Of a stretch of DNA of 64,000 bases, positions 20,907 to 31,526 are shown piece by piece. Every line of letters starts with the position of its first letter. Position 1 is the stretch's first letter. The DNA lies in assembly GCA_041937175.2 (NCBI GenBank), contig CP166615.1, positions 128,001-192,000 on the forward strand, given 5' to 3'. Both the position numbers and the translations under genes were made by a program. The notes under the pieces are model-generated. The model searched no databases and was not told where the DNA came from. It saw nothing but the letters and a program-made list of their open reading frames with translations. The stretch comes from Limnothrix sp. BL-A-16. Lineage in GTDB: Bacteria; Cyanobacteriota; Cyanobacteriia; CACIAM-69d.

Positions 20907-21605
20907 ATGGATCTTTCAAACTCCAACACCGCCAAAAACTTGGCCGATGCCTTCGCTGGCGAATCGATGGCGAATCGGAAATATCTGTTCTTCTCGGAAG
21001 TGGTGAAAAAGCTGGGTCTGGGCGACTTGGCCAAGCTGTTTCGGGAAACGGCCAACCAAGAAACGGAACATGCGTTCGCCCACTTTCGGCTGATGCATCC
21101 GGAGTTGGTGGTGGACGATCCGGCCAGCCTCAGCGACGAACAAAAGAAGGCGATCGCGGCCCGCTGTTTGGAGCTGGCGATCGAGGGTGAAACCTACGAG
21201 TATCAGACCATGTATCCCAACTTTGCTGCCGAAGCCCGGGTCGATCGGGATGGGGAAGCGGAGCGGGAATTCCAAGAACAGGCCGAGGAGTCGCGGGAAC
21301 ATGCGGGAATTTTCCGCACGGCTGCCCGTAACTTTGGACTGTTGACCGCGATCGAACATCACCACGCCGACCAATACAGCGAAGCCCTGCGCGGTTTGGA
21401 TGGTGTGGCTCCGGCAAACAAGGCCGCGGGCAGCAAGTGGATTTGTCGCCAGTGCTCCATGATCTATGACCCCGCCGAGGGCGATCCCGACTCGGGCATT
21501 GCTCCGGGGACTCCCTTTGAAGCCATTCCTGATGATTGGGAATGCCCAATTTGCGGCGCGAAAAAGGCTCTGTTCGTACCCTATCAAGAGTCGATCGCTG
21601 CCTAG
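20907..21605 (+). CDS. rbr: Rubrerythrin with C-terminal rubredoxin domain
   Basis: [17 protein letters not shown] and ESREHA di-iron motifs; WICRQC...WECPIC rubredoxin. Confidence 0.92.
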   Translation: MDLSNSNTAKNLADAFAGESMANRKYLFFSEVVKKLGLGDLAKLFRETANQETEHAFAHFRLMHPELVVDDPASLSDEQKKAIAARCLELAIEGETYEYQTMYPNFAAEARVDRDGEAEREFQEQAEESREHAGIFRTAARNFGLLTAIEHHHADQYSEALRGLDGVAPANKAAGSKWICRQCSMIYDPAEGDPDSGIAPGTPFEAIPDDWECPICGAKKALFVPYQESIAA

Positions 21606-21729
21606 GCTGGGTCATTGGTCATTAATTTAGATCTGCTCAGATCTGCAATCAGCCCTGAAATCAACTCTGAAATTAGCTCTAGAAAACGAAAAAGTAGCTG
21701 ATTTTCAGTAATTGAACAGCATAATCGAG

Positions 21730-21765
21730 TGCGCCATTCACCAACCTGGAATGGCGCATTTTTTT
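21730..21765 (+). terminator. Rho-independent terminator after rubrerythrin
   Basis: TGCGCCATTC...GAATGGCGCA followed by T7. Confidence 0.8.
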
Positions 21766-21870
21766 GGTTTTGTGAGAATCAAGTTGGGTTCAACTAAAAA
21801 CGATCGCGCGAAAACTTTGCTAAAAAAACTAGCCTTGTTGAGATGAATGGGCTATATGCTATCTGTATAT

Positions 21871-21896
21871 TACAGTATTCCGATCGGGTAACTGTA
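21871..21896. promoter_or_regulatory. 26-bp palindromic operator-like motif upstream of cysA
   Basis: TACAGTATTCCGATCGGGTAACTGTA; related copies at 31436 and 32519. Confidence 0.55.
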
Positions 21897-21923
21897 GTTA
21901 AAGAAAACTGGGAGTCACAAGAA

Positions 21924-22952
21924 ATGGGAATCGCGGTTGAGCATGTCTCCAAGTCCTATGGCGATTTTCGAGCAGTTGATGATGTTTCGTTAGACATTCA
22001 ATCGGGTTCTTTGGTTGCGTTGTTGGGACCATCCGGCTCAGGAAAGTCCACACTCCTCAGAATTATTGCGGGGCTGGAATCCACTGATGCGGGGACAATT
22101 TCACTGATTGGGCGGGATGCAACCTATCAAAGCGTCCAAGAGCGAAAAATTGGGTTTGTGTTTCAGCACTATGCGCTGTTTAAGCACATGACCGTTCGGC
22201 AAAATATTGCTTTTCCGTTGGAGTTGCGCAAGACTCCGCCGGCTGAAATTCAAGAGCGCGTGAACCGATTGTTGGACTTGATTCAACTGGCGGGCTATGG
22301 CAATCGCTATCCTGCGCAGTTGTCCGGTGGGCAACGGCAGCGAGTGGCCTTGGCGCGGGCCCTGTCCGTGGAACCCCAAATTTTGCTGCTGGATGAACCG
22401 TTTGGTGCTTTGGATGCCAAGGTGCGCAAGGAATTGCGAACATGGCTGCATAACCTGCATCGCACTATGAATGTGACCACGGTTTTTGTGACCCACGACC
22501 AAGAAGAGGCGATGGAAGTTGCCGATCGAATTGTGGTGATGAACCAAGGCAAAATTGAACAAGTCGGCACGCCTGCGGAAATTTATGACAACCCTGCCTC
22601 GCCCTTTGTGATGAGTTTTGTGGGGCCTGTGAATGTGTTGTCTATTTTTCCAGGATCTGTGTCGCGCTGGGCGGGCGATCGGGTGTGGGAAGACAGTGAT
22701 AATTGGCGACTCTTTTTGCGACCCCATGATGTGGAAATTGTGACCGATCCTGTGGATGACAAGGCCTTACCTGCAACGGTCGATCGGATCATGCATTTGG
22801 GATGGGAAGTGCAAGTGCATTTAAAACTGGAGGATGGCCCATCCTTGACAGCTTCTGTGAACCGAGATCACTATCACCGACTCCACATTGAACGAGAGCA
22901 ACAAGTCTATGCACGGCCCCGATCGGTGCGTGTTTTTCCCTTGGCAACCTAA
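21924..22952 (+). CDS. cysA: Sulfate/thiosulfate ABC transporter ATP-binding protein
   Basis: [53 protein letters not shown]-terminal TOBE-like region. Confidence 0.92.
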   Translation: MGIAVEHVSKSYGDFRAVDDVSLDIQSGSLVALLGPSGSGKSTLLRIIAGLESTDAGTISLIGRDATYQSVQERKIGFVFQHYALFKHMTVRQNIAFPLELRKTPPAEIQERVNRLLDLIQLAGYGNRYPAQLSGGQRQRVALARALSVEPQILLLDEPFGALDAKVRKELRTWLHNLHRTMNVTTVFVTHDQEEAMEVADRIVVMNQGKIEQVGTPAEIYDNPASPFVMSFVGPVNVLSIFPGSVSRWAGDRVWEDSDNWRLFLRPHDVEIVTDPVDDKALPATVDRIMHLGWEVQVHLKLEDGPSLTASVNRDHYHRLHIEREQQVYARPRSVRVFPLAT

Positions 22953-22966
22953 AGAATATGTACTTA

Positions 22967-23140
22967 AGAGATGCCTGAGCAGTAACTGTGGGTACTAGTA
23001 AAACTCTAGTAGTCGTGGAACTGGTAAAACACGAGTAGTTGTGGAGGCAAGGGGCTTAAGCCCCTTGTCTTTGTCGATTGGTACGCCTTTGTCGATTGGT
23101 GCGATCCGCAAGATCGCAGTTTTGGCTGTTTCGGTAAAGG
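22967..23140 (+). mobile_element. MITE-like element, end-type A, degenerate, with internal duplications
   Basis: AGAGATGCCTGAGCAG end, hairpin at 23048-23067, right arm similar to 38271-38326. Confidence 0.6.
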
Positions 23141-23204
23141 CTGTAATTTAAGAATTTAAACTAATTAAAGATTGATTAGCAGTTGACAAATCTGATCTTG
23201 AAAA

Positions 23205-23693
23205 CTACTGAAAGTAAGCACCCGCAAAACTGTAGATCAGTCCGCCAAAAACAATCGAAGTGATTGCAAAATAGAGCCAATCTTGGCGACGTAAAAAAGT
23301 GAACCAAGACAGAGCAACACGAATAATGGGTGTTGCAACCAACAGCATAATGCCCACTTGAATCCACCCGCGACCGTGACCCGAAAGGGCAGATTTCGCA
23401 GCACCCCAAGGAGAGCAAAGCTCTCGAGGTTCTCCCACAAAGACCCGAAAGCTGGCTGGCTCACCTCCATGACGAAAAATATAAATGCAGCCGCCTGCAA
23501 AGACGATCGAACTCGCAATGATCATTCCCCACCACAACACATGACTAACGGCTAATTCAAGGCTGTGGTCGGTGCTTTTTCGGGTTTCTAAATCAACTGG
23601 CGAAGATTCCAAAGGAGAAATGGGACTATTCGCTGTAGTCATGGCGATCGCCTGATCGGAAGACTTACCCTTCATCATTGATGCAATCTCCAT
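23205..23693 (-). CDS. DUF1634-family membrane protein
   Basis: IQVGIMLLVATPIIRV motif; lies downstream of a TauE gene, its usual partner. Confidence 0.8.
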   Translation of the reverse strand: MEIASMMKGKSSDQAIAMTTANSPISPLESSPVDLETRKSTDHSLELAVSHVLWWGMIIASSIVFAGGCIYIFRHGGEPASFRVFVGEPRELCSPWGAAKSALSGHGRGWIQVGIMLLVATPIIRVALSWFTFLRRQDWLYFAITSIVFGGLIYSFAGAYFQ

Positions 23694-23775
23694 TGTTACT
23701 TGGGCTGCTGTGAATTACGAGCGTTAAAATTCTGTTTGGTCTCAACTTTGAAATTGAGCGAAAAGTGTGTGATTT

Positions 23776-24612
23776 CTAGGTAATTAATCCGTTATAAATC
23801 ATTTTGATTGCTAGGAGTACCAACACAATGGAAAAGAGCCAGCGCAACCATTCTGGCTTGGCTCCAATCAGAACTCTTGCGCCGGTCATGGCTCCCATCA
23901 AAACCCCTAGCATCACGGGCATTGAGAGGCCGGGATCCACATAGCCTCGGGATAAATAAACGCCGGCCGACATGGCAGCGGTGACCCCGATCGTGAAGTT
24001 GCTGGTGGTGGTGGAAACCTTAAACGGTAAGCCCATGACGCGATCCATCGCCAAGACTTTCAAGGAGCCAGAACCGATGCCGAGCAATCCTGAAAGCAGA
24101 CCGGCCACGGCCATTAAGCTAAAGCCAGTGGGAACCGAACGAACGGTATAGGCGATCGTTCCTTCTCCGTTGGGGGCGGGATAGCAGTTATCGAGTTGCA
24201 ATCGCTCAGCCAAGGAACCTGGCTCGGTTAATTCCGCTTCCTTGGGGGTGGATTGTTGCGCAAAAAAAGCGGAATAAAGCAGGACGGTTCCTAACACAAC
24301 GGTCAAGGCTTTGACGGGAACAACGGTGGCTAAGGTGGCTCCGACGAAAGATCCAAGGGTCGTTGCCACTTCTAAAAACATCCCGAGACGTAAGTTGGCA
24401 AATCCCGATCGAATGTAGGTTGCGGCGGAACCGGCGGAGGTGGCAATGACAGAAATTAAGGAGGCCCCGATCGCGTAGCGAATATCGACCCCAAAAACCG
24501 AGGTGAGCAGAGGCACAATCACTACGCCGCCCCCAAGACCGGTCAAGGCTCCTAAGAATCCGGCGGCGAATGAACCGGCCCACACTAAGAATGAAAACTC
24601 AAAAATATTCAC
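23776..24612 (-). CDS. TauE/SafE (TSUP) family sulfite/organosulfur exporter
   Basis: GALTGLGGGVVIVP and SGLLGIGSG repeats; STTTSNF; GTG start with GGAG RBS. Confidence 0.88.
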   Translation of the reverse strand: MNIFEFSFLVWAGSFAAGFLGALTGLGGGVVIVPLLTSVFGVDIRYAIGASLISVIATSAGSAATYIRSGFANLRLGMFLEVATTLGSFVGATLATVVPVKALTVVLGTVLLYSAFFAQQSTPKEAELTEPGSLAERLQLDNCYPAPNGEGTIAYTVRSVPTGFSLMAVAGLLSGLLGIGSGSLKVLAMDRVMGLPFKVSTTTSNFTIGVTAAMSAGVYLSRGYVDPGLSMPVMLGVLMGAMTGARVLIGAKPEWLRWLFSIVLVLLAIKMIYNGLIT

Positions 24613-24901
24613 CCCGCTCCATCCTGATGACTAGTAATTAAAGAAAATCCATAGGGAATGGCTGAAAAATGACTGGAGCAATCCGGCTCCTGGTGCTTGA
24701 TCACACTAAGAAATCCAGCCACTGTGCTTGGTTGCTGAGTTGAGAAAGTTGGAAGCTAGAAACCAGGTTAATGATGGTGTCTGTGCGAGCAAATTTTCAG
24801 ACTGCTGGTGAATTGTTCACAATCATTGTTCGCAGTCAATGCTCCAGAATGATGAATCGCTGTTGATCATTCATCACGGATTACGGATCATGGAGCACGA
24901 A

Positions 24902-25660
24902 TCAGCGACGAGTAAGCCAGCTTGAAGGGGTTGATGGTAGCTGAACTGGATCCGTGGGGCTGAGGATCAATCGATTGGCCACTTGCGTGATTAGGTAAGC
25001 GATCGACCAACCGCCAATGATGTCGCTGGGGAAGTGAACCCCGAGATAGAGCCTTGTCCAGGCAATGAGCAGCACAAAGCCACCACCCAGCCCCGCGATC
25101 GACCAACGCCAGACCCGCCCATAGGGGCGATCGAGCGGTTGTTGGCTGGAATACAAAGCACCAAGGGCCAAAACCAACGAGAGGCTAGCGGCCGCGTGGG
25201 TGCTGGGAAAGGCCCAATCAGCAGGGTAATGGTCTGGGGCCAGCAGCGAGGGCCAAAGGCTGGGCCTGGCTCGGTGCCAAACCACCTTCAGCAGGGTTGC
25301 TATGACTGTTGTACCGCCAATCGCACTCATCCAGTAGAGCAACTTACGCCATTGCCGTTGGTTCGCTAGGGACAAAAGACCCATGATGAACAGCGGAAAC
25401 GTTCCCCAGCGGGTTCCCAGTGGTGTGAGCCAAAGGGCGAGGCGATCGAGCCAAGGGGTGGTCTGTTGGTGCAATATTTCTAAAAACTGCACATCCCAGA
25501 GCGCTGGTTGCTGGAGATGGCGGATTAGGTATAGCGCACAGAGTCCTTGAATTGTGACCGCCCCACCGATTCCCAGCAGGCTGGGTTGGGATGATGAATG
25601 CTTGCCCAAAGTGCTGATCCCCGTGGTGTTTAGCCCATCAGTCATGCTTGGCCGGCTCAT
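24902..25660 (-). CDS. PAP2-family membrane phosphatase
   Basis: K-x6-RP (LKVVWHRARP), FPSTH, TRLYLGVHFPSDIIGG. Confidence 0.85.
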   Translation of the reverse strand: MSRPSMTDGLNTTGISTLGKHSSSQPSLLGIGGAVTIQGLCALYLIRHLQQPALWDVQFLEILHQQTTPWLDRLALWLTPLGTRWGTFPLFIMGLLSLANQRQWRKLLYWMSAIGGTTVIATLLKVVWHRARPSLWPSLLAPDHYPADWAFPSTHAAASLSLVLALGALYSSQQPLDRPYGRVWRWSIAGLGGGFVLLIAWTRLYLGVHFPSDIIGGWSIAYLITQVANRLILSPTDPVQLPSTPSSWLTRR

Positions 25661-25671
25661 CAGTCATTGGC

Positions 25672-26421
25672 TCAGTCATTGCTGGTCAGGGTTGGGGCAT
25701 CCAAAGGACGCTGATTAATCACCTTCTGGGACAGGCTCGGAAGCGGCCATTTTGCTTTGTTGGTGTTAACTGCTGCCGTGGGTGCTGTGCTGAGGGTTAA
25801 TTGGCCCTCGGGATCTTGGCTGATGGTGACGCGCGTGCCGTCAGCAACTTTGAGCGCGGCCAAACCGGTAAATTCCTGATTGGTTCCGTCGGGAAGGGTG
25901 GCGATCGCCTTGGTTCCCTTGGGAATCAAAACCCCTTCGCAGTCCCACTCGATCGCGGTGGTTTCCCCATTGGCCAAAAAGTAAAGACCAGTGTTGTAGC
26001 GATAGTCGTCCGTATCATCCGGCTCTGGCCCGTAAACTCCAACCACCTGGCCGCTGGTGTTTTCGCATTGGCCCCAGGTCTCGCCGGACTCCAACGCAAA
26101 GGTTTGGGCTGTTAGTTGTTCAATTTGCGATTCCAAGGGTTCGGGAATGGCTTCCCCTGCCTTCTGTTTCTTTTCGCGTTCGGCTGTTAATTGGCTCAAA
26201 GCTTGGCTGGCTGCCAAATAATCAGAATTTTCACTTAAGGGGCGATCGGCTAAGGCCGGGGGAGCGCAAAGCAAATTAACCGCAAAAACCAACAGGCAAC
26301 CCCCGATCGTCATCCAGCGGCTGAAGGATCCCAAAATCGCCGTTCTCGGTCCTTGCAAGCTTAGAAAATTTTGGACAATCCCTGGGACAAAACTCTTAGA
26401 GAAACCTTGGATAACGTTCAT
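25672..26421 (-). CDS. Hypothetical exported protein (start 26421 or 26313)
   Basis: Hydrophobic signal ending PPALA|D; Cys pair (WGQCEN, WDCEGV); co-oriented with its neighbours. Confidence 0.7.
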   Translation of the reverse strand: MNVIQGFSKSFVPGIVQNFLSLQGPRTAILGSFSRWMTIGGCLLVFAVNLLCAPPALADRPLSENSDYLAASQALSQLTAEREKKQKAGEAIPEPLESQIEQLTAQTFALESGETWGQCENTSGQVVGVYGPEPDDTDDYRYNTGLYFLANGETTAIEWDCEGVLIPKGTKAIATLPDGTNQEFTGLAALKVADGTRVTISQDPEGQLTLSTAPTAAVNTNKAKWPLPSLSQKVINQRPLDAPTLTSND

Positions 26422-26987
26422 GCTCTTTCCTCTTGATGACTGTTTGATGACTGTAAATTCTGCCAACTTCGCAATGCTCTACGTTTCAAACCAATCCCAA
26501 CTATGGTGGATGGCTGAACATTAATGCCTGTAAAAAACTGCCCATAATCCCTCGCGTTGGTTTCCCAATCTAAGAAAAATTAAACAACCTGAAAAGGCGC
26601 AAAGAATACAAAAATCACGAAATTGCTAACATTAGCCTTAATAATGAAGGTTTTTGCTTGATGCCCAAAATTTTGTTTTGTTGCTGCAAAATCTTGCAGT
26701 CACTCAAACTGAATTGTCTGGTTTAGGATCACTGCATGGCAGTAATTAAAAATCCGCGTACCAAGGTATTGGTTTTAATGTATTCTCGAACGATGAAATG
26801 AGGTGAAGGTTTGAGAAGAAAATTGCTGATTTGGGTTGCTTCGACTGGGTTAACTCAAAAATGAGCGATTCTGCTTGTTGAAGCCTTGAAAAACCTGAAC
26901 TGAAGCAACTGAATAAACGAGCTAGATATAGCCTTTCGTGACTCAAAAAGTCTAACAAAGTCCCCTGATTTTGCCAAGATCTTGAGC

Positions 26988-27716
26988 TTAAGGAAGCATA
27001 AAGGAAAATAGCAATTGCGGAAGGTTACTTTCCCAGAAAATTCCTATCCCTAGAGCAATGAAAATCCAAGGCACAAATTGATGGCCAAATCGGCTAGTCC
27101 ATTGAGTAATCATGTGATAGCGACTAAACCGGCGTGTTAGCCAACAAAGCAATCCTACGCCTGCAAAGAAAACCCAGAGGATAATGCTGAGTTCCAGCCA
27201 GTTGCAGGAAGCAAACAGAGGAATATAAATTCCAATGTTGTCAGCACCGCAGGCAAGCGTAATCATTGTCACTTGGATGACTTGCGGGGATAGCCAAGGC
27301 AGCCACTGACGTAGTTTCTTGACTCGATGTCGAAAGGCTAAATTGGTCGATCGCCCGTTTAACGCTTGATCCCCAGATCCAAAAGCTTCTAGTTGAGAAT
27401 CGGGAGATTCTGACTCCTGAGATTGAGAAGCACGCAGTTGCGAAATGCCGATCCCGATCGGAAGAAAGCCCAGTAGCCCAATGGCCCAGGGAGGGAGCAG
27501 TAATCCTCCCCAAAACCCCACCAAACTGGCTAACACAATCAGGCCAAACCCGAGATAGCGTCCGATCAGGATTTGTCGATCGCGGAAGAGCCGATCGGGG
27601 CGACCAAACAACACCATCAGCACCACCACATCATCGATATTTGTGGCAATGAAGGAACTGGTTCCCGCCACAAAAGCACTAATCGCTAGCTCAGCTAAGG
27701 GACGCTGATCAATCAT
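26988..27716 (-). CDS. CadD-family (cadmium resistance transporter-like, LysE superfamily) membrane protein
   Basis: FIATNIDD, IGRYLGF, GADNIGIYIPLF. Confidence 0.85.
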   Translation of the reverse strand: MIDQRPLAELAISAFVAGTSSFIATNIDDVVVLMVLFGRPDRLFRDRQILIGRYLGFGLIVLASLVGFWGGLLLPPWAIGLLGFLPIGIGISQLRASQSQESESPDSQLEAFGSGDQALNGRSTNLAFRHRVKKLRQWLPWLSPQVIQVTMITLACGADNIGIYIPLFASCNWLELSIILWVFFAGVGLLCWLTRRFSRYHMITQWTSRFGHQFVPWIFIALGIGIFWESNLPQLLFSFMLP

Positions 27717-27781
27717 GGTGCTCAGACATGATGTTTAGGGCAAAACACATTACAAGAGTCGTAAGAGTTGCAGCGATTGTC

Positions 27782-28498
27782 TCAAGAATCACCCTTTTCG
27801 GGAACTTCACTCAGTTGCTGGGGTCGCCAAGTTAAGGCCACTAAACAAGTGCAACTAGCAACCAGCAAACCCGGACTCATGGCTCCACTATCAAGGATGA
27901 TATAAATCCCGAGCGCGATGAGTACTAGAGGAACCATGGTTTGACCCCGATGGGCTAGCCAATCTGCAATTTGGGCTTGATGGGTGAGTCGATGAGCAAT
28001 GTAACACCAAACAGGAACCAAAACTAAGAAAACTAGAATGGTTAGAATTAGCTCTGGCACTGAGCTACGGGAAAACAAGGGTGTGTAAATGCCCACATTG
28101 TCGCTCCCGTTGGCGATCGTGATGGCTGCGACGCTGAGACTTTGGGGCCCCACTAAATTCGTCCAATGGGGTGATGTTCCATCGCCATCAATTGCTAGGC
28201 TTAGCTCTTCATCGGTGGCATCTTCTCCCCGGTCAAATAATCTGCCCAGTCCCATGCCGATCGGGATTAGACCCAGCAAACCTAACCAGTGGTGTGGCAA
28301 AACCATGCCCCCAAAGAAACCCAACAAACTTGCGCCCACCAGAGCTGAAAACCCTAGATATTGCCCAGCAACCACGTGGTAATGACGAAAATTGGCATTG
28401 ACCTGAGAAAAGAGCAACATCAAGATTGCAATATCGTCAATGTTTGTGGCTGCAAAGGCAGCAACACTCGTAGGGATTACGGTCAGTAAGTTGTCCAT
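27782..28498 (-). CDS. CadD-family membrane protein, second paralog
   Basis: FAATNIDD, AGQYLGF, GSDNVGIYTPLF. Confidence 0.85.
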   Translation of the reverse strand: MDNLLTVIPTSVAAFAATNIDDIAILMLLFSQVNANFRHYHVVAGQYLGFSALVGASLLGFFGGMVLPHHWLGLLGLIPIGMGLGRLFDRGEDATDEELSLAIDGDGTSPHWTNLVGPQSLSVAAITIANGSDNVGIYTPLFSRSSVPELILTILVFLVLVPVWCYIAHRLTHQAQIADWLAHRGQTMVPLVLIALGIYIILDSGAMSPGLLVASCTCLVALTWRPQQLSEVPEKGDS

Positions 28499-28566
28499 AG
28501 GAAAGGGTTTCAGAAGAAGGGACTAGAAGCGAAGTGGAGCCGATCAAAATTGAACCAAGCAATCGA

Positions 28567-30027
28567 TTAGCAGTCAGCATCTTCGGATTCTTCAAACCGG
28601 ACATAGATCGCTTCGATCGAGTGCTGCATTCGCCGAATCATTTTGGGAGAGCGCGATCGCTGCCAGAAAAACCAGCCACAACCCAAACCTAGGTAAAGCA
28701 GAAAGAGTTTAGGAAATGCATCGTAAGGCGCTTCCGGCACAGGAAACCAAGCACTGCCAGGAATTCCGACCATGCCCAAAATTGGCAACACCATGAAACC
28801 AGCGCCCAGCAGACCAATGACTCCATCGATGGGTTTTAGTTTGCCAATTCGATAGAGATAAACCGGTGCGGCGATCGATACCAAAATGTAAGTCACCAAA
28901 AATCCATAGGTACACATCGTGCCCAAATAAGCCATGGATTCAAAGGCCTTGAGACCAAAAATGGTCATTGAAGCAGGCACTAAAAAGAGCAGAACGGAGA
29001 TAAAAGAAACAGCAATGTGGGGCGTGCTATTGGTGTCGTGGGCTTCACCAAAAGCTGAGTGGAAAAGACCATGCCGCGCCATGGTGAAAAAGACGCGAGC
29101 AGCAGGATTAATGCTGCCTAAAACACAAGCGAAAAAGCTAGCCAATGCACAAATCCCGATCGCTTGGCCCAGGAATCCAACACCAGCCCAGGTGGCTAAG
29201 AAACTGAGAGGCTCTTCATGACCTGCCAAATTTCCTCCGGCATGATTGAACCCGACCACGCCGATATAGGCCATAACCAAGAAAAACAACCCCGAAAGCA
29301 CTGTGCTGCCTAGGACAGCCTTGGGAATACTTGATAGGGGTTTTTGCGCCTCATCCCCAAGAGTCGTAGCACTTTCAAACCCAGAAAAACCAAAAACCAC
29401 TAACACTAACCCCATGGCAACACCGCTGGGCGTTGCACCGGCTAAGGTCAACTGTTGGGGATCAAGGGCAAAGCCAGTTTTAGCCCAAACAATTCCTCCC
29501 AGGATCAAAATAAACAGGACAGAAACGCCTTCCAAAATCAGCAATGTTCTGGCTGATAATTCAATATCTCGGTAGGCGGCATACCAAGCAACCACGGTTC
29601 CTAATGCAAGCAGGGTGAGTACGTGGGTGTGAATGCCCAAACTGCCTAAAAAGATTTGACCGAAATTGGCAAATCCACAAAGAACGGCCATCCCCGTGAG
29701 CAAATAGCCCAGCAGGAGACCCCAACCACAGATGACACCGGCTGTGGGGCCAAGGCCTTTGGAAATGTAGGTGTAGAGTGATCCAGGGGAAGCGGAGCGG
29801 CGGGCAAATTGATTAATGTTGATGCTGACAAAAATCAGCCCGATCGTTCCCAACAAAAAGCTAAGACAAGTGCCATTTCCCGCCAGGGCAAAGACTAATC
29901 CTAAGTTGGCGGCAGGGGTTGTAATTGGAGCAATTACCGCGATGGATTGGCCAAGAACTTCACCAAAGGGTAAACATTCTGCCTTGAGACCGTGAACACT
30001 ACGGTTCACTGCAAGTTCTGTAGTCAT
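28567..30027 (-). CDS. APC-family amino acid/polyamine permease
   Basis: QSIAVIAP, GSLYTY, FGFSGFESATTLGDEA, ARVFFTMAR; about 12 TM segments. Confidence 0.88.
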   Translation of the reverse strand: MTTELAVNRSVHGLKAECLPFGEVLGQSIAVIAPITTPAANLGLVFALAGNGTCLSFLLGTIGLIFVSININQFARRSASPGSLYTYISKGLGPTAGVICGWGLLLGYLLTGMAVLCGFANFGQIFLGSLGIHTHVLTLLALGTVVAWYAAYRDIELSARTLLILEGVSVLFILILGGIVWAKTGFALDPQQLTLAGATPSGVAMGLVLVVFGFSGFESATTLGDEAQKPLSSIPKAVLGSTVLSGLFFLVMAYIGVVGFNHAGGNLAGHEEPLSFLATWAGVGFLGQAIGICALASFFACVLGSINPAARVFFTMARHGLFHSAFGEAHDTNSTPHIAVSFISVLLFLVPASMTIFGLKAFESMAYLGTMCTYGFLVTYILVSIAAPVYLYRIGKLKPIDGVIGLLGAGFMVLPILGMVGIPGSAWFPVPEAPYDAFPKLFLLYLGLGCGWFFWQRSRSPKMIRRMQHSIEAIYVRFEESEDADC

Positions 30028-30276
30028 GCGATCCCTCAATGAGACCAGAATACTGAGCGATGAACTGATCTGAAGCCTGAAAGTTATCTGAAGTAAAGGG
30101 AATAACTCTCTATGATTGGTGACTAGGCATTCATGACTCGTTCAGTCTGTGAATTCTGTTGCTGTTCGTGTTACATATCGATGTTGCTTTGACAAGTGTT
30201 TTGAAGCACATCGATCAAATTAACTACAGATTAAGGACTTGGTTGAGTTTAAGCAAATACTGTTTTTTCTCAAAAC

Positions 30277-30293
30277 CATCAATAAAATTGATG
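30277..30293. promoter_or_regulatory. LysR-type T-N11-A recognition palindrome
   Basis: CATCAAT-AAA-ATTGATG between the divergent permease and LysR genes. Confidence 0.6.
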
Positions 30294-30404
30294 AGAACCT
30301 CAAAAAGCTCAAAATCTTGGTTGTAAGGAGCCAAAAGTTCTCGCAATGAACGGAAATTTTGAAAATAGATCGAGACTTTAATTGAAATTTTTAAGTTTGG
30401 TGAA

Positions 30405-31328
30405 ATGTCTGGAATAACTCTTGATCGGTTGCAAATTTTCTTGGCGGTTGCGGAATATTTGCACTTCACGCGAGCCGCAGAGTCCCTCTATCTAACACAG
30501 CCTGCGGTGAGTGCTGCAATTCAGTCCCTAGAAGACAGTTATGGTTTGCGCCTGTTTCATCGCATTGGACGACGCGTGGAACTGACGGATGCTGGGCGAT
30601 TGTTGCAAGCGGAAGCTAGGGATATTCTCGATCGGGTGGCTTTGACAGAGCGAGGCTTGCGTGAACTCAATGAAATGCAGCGAGGGGAATTGCATTTGGG
30701 GTCTAGCCTAACGATCGGGAACTATTGGCTACCGCGCAAAATTGGAGAATTTAAGCGTCGTCATCCGGGCATTGTGGTGAATTGCACCCTCGCTAATACT
30801 GAGGAAATTTGCACAGGAACGGCGACGGGCGCATTTGATTTGGGGTTAATTGAAGGGGAAGTTTTGCCCTCAACCCAACGGCATTTAGAAAAGGCAATTG
30901 TTGGGGGCGATCGCCTAGTGATTGTGGTGGGCCCTTCGCACCCTTGGTTTGAGCTGCCATTTGTGGAAACCCATCAATTGGCAGAAACGGCTTGGTTAAT
31001 GCGCGAACCCGGATCGGGTACTCAACAGCGGTTTGAGGAAGCATTATTAAGTTGGCAGGTGGATCCTTCAAGCTTGCCGATCGCCCTGGTGCTAACCACC
31101 GGAGAAATGGTGAAAGTTCTGGTGGAAGAAGGCGTGGGAGCGGCAGCTATTTCAGAACTGATCGTTGAAAAAGAGTTACAGCTTCGGACAATGTGCGCGG
31201 TTCCGATTATTGATCCCGAGCAGTCATCGGTTTTGGAAATTCGTCGCCCCTTTTTGAAATTGCGCCATCGACAGCGCTTTCAGACCAAAATTTCTCGAGT
31301 TTTTGAGCAATTACTAGTCAGTTATTAG
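30405..31328 (+). CDS. LysR-family transcriptional regulator (CysL/YeiE-like)
   Basis: HFTRAAESLYLTQPAVSAAI HTH; GSSLTIGNY, DLGLIEG, MREPGSGT. Confidence 0.9.
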   Translation: MSGITLDRLQIFLAVAEYLHFTRAAESLYLTQPAVSAAIQSLEDSYGLRLFHRIGRRVELTDAGRLLQAEARDILDRVALTERGLRELNEMQRGELHLGSSLTIGNYWLPRKIGEFKRRHPGIVVNCTLANTEEICTGTATGAFDLGLIEGEVLPSTQRHLEKAIVGGDRLVIVVGPSHPWFELPFVETHQLAETAWLMREPGSGTQQRFEEALLSWQVDPSSLPIALVLTTGEMVKVLVEEGVGAAAISELIVEKELQLRTMCAVPIIDPEQSSVLEIRRPFLKLRHRQRFQTKISRVFEQLLVSY

Positions 31329-31435
31329 TTAGGAATAGACCATGAATCAGCTAATGATGTGTCACTGCTGAGCCGGTGCTAAGCCAGTCGTGTGCCAATG
31401 ATGGGCGAGACCCGTTGGGCAATTTTCGGATAAAG

Positions 31436-31461
31436 TACGGTTTTTTGATCGGGATATAGTA
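31436..31461. promoter_or_regulatory. 26-bp operator-like motif upstream of parB-like gene
   Basis: TACGGTTTTTTGATCGGGATATAGTA, aligns without gaps to the cysA motif. Confidence 0.5.
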
Positions 31462-31526
31462 TTTTAGGTCAAAAGCAACTGCAAAACGCCATTTGCAACT
31501 GCGCTAAACCTGGAATTGCTAACCCA

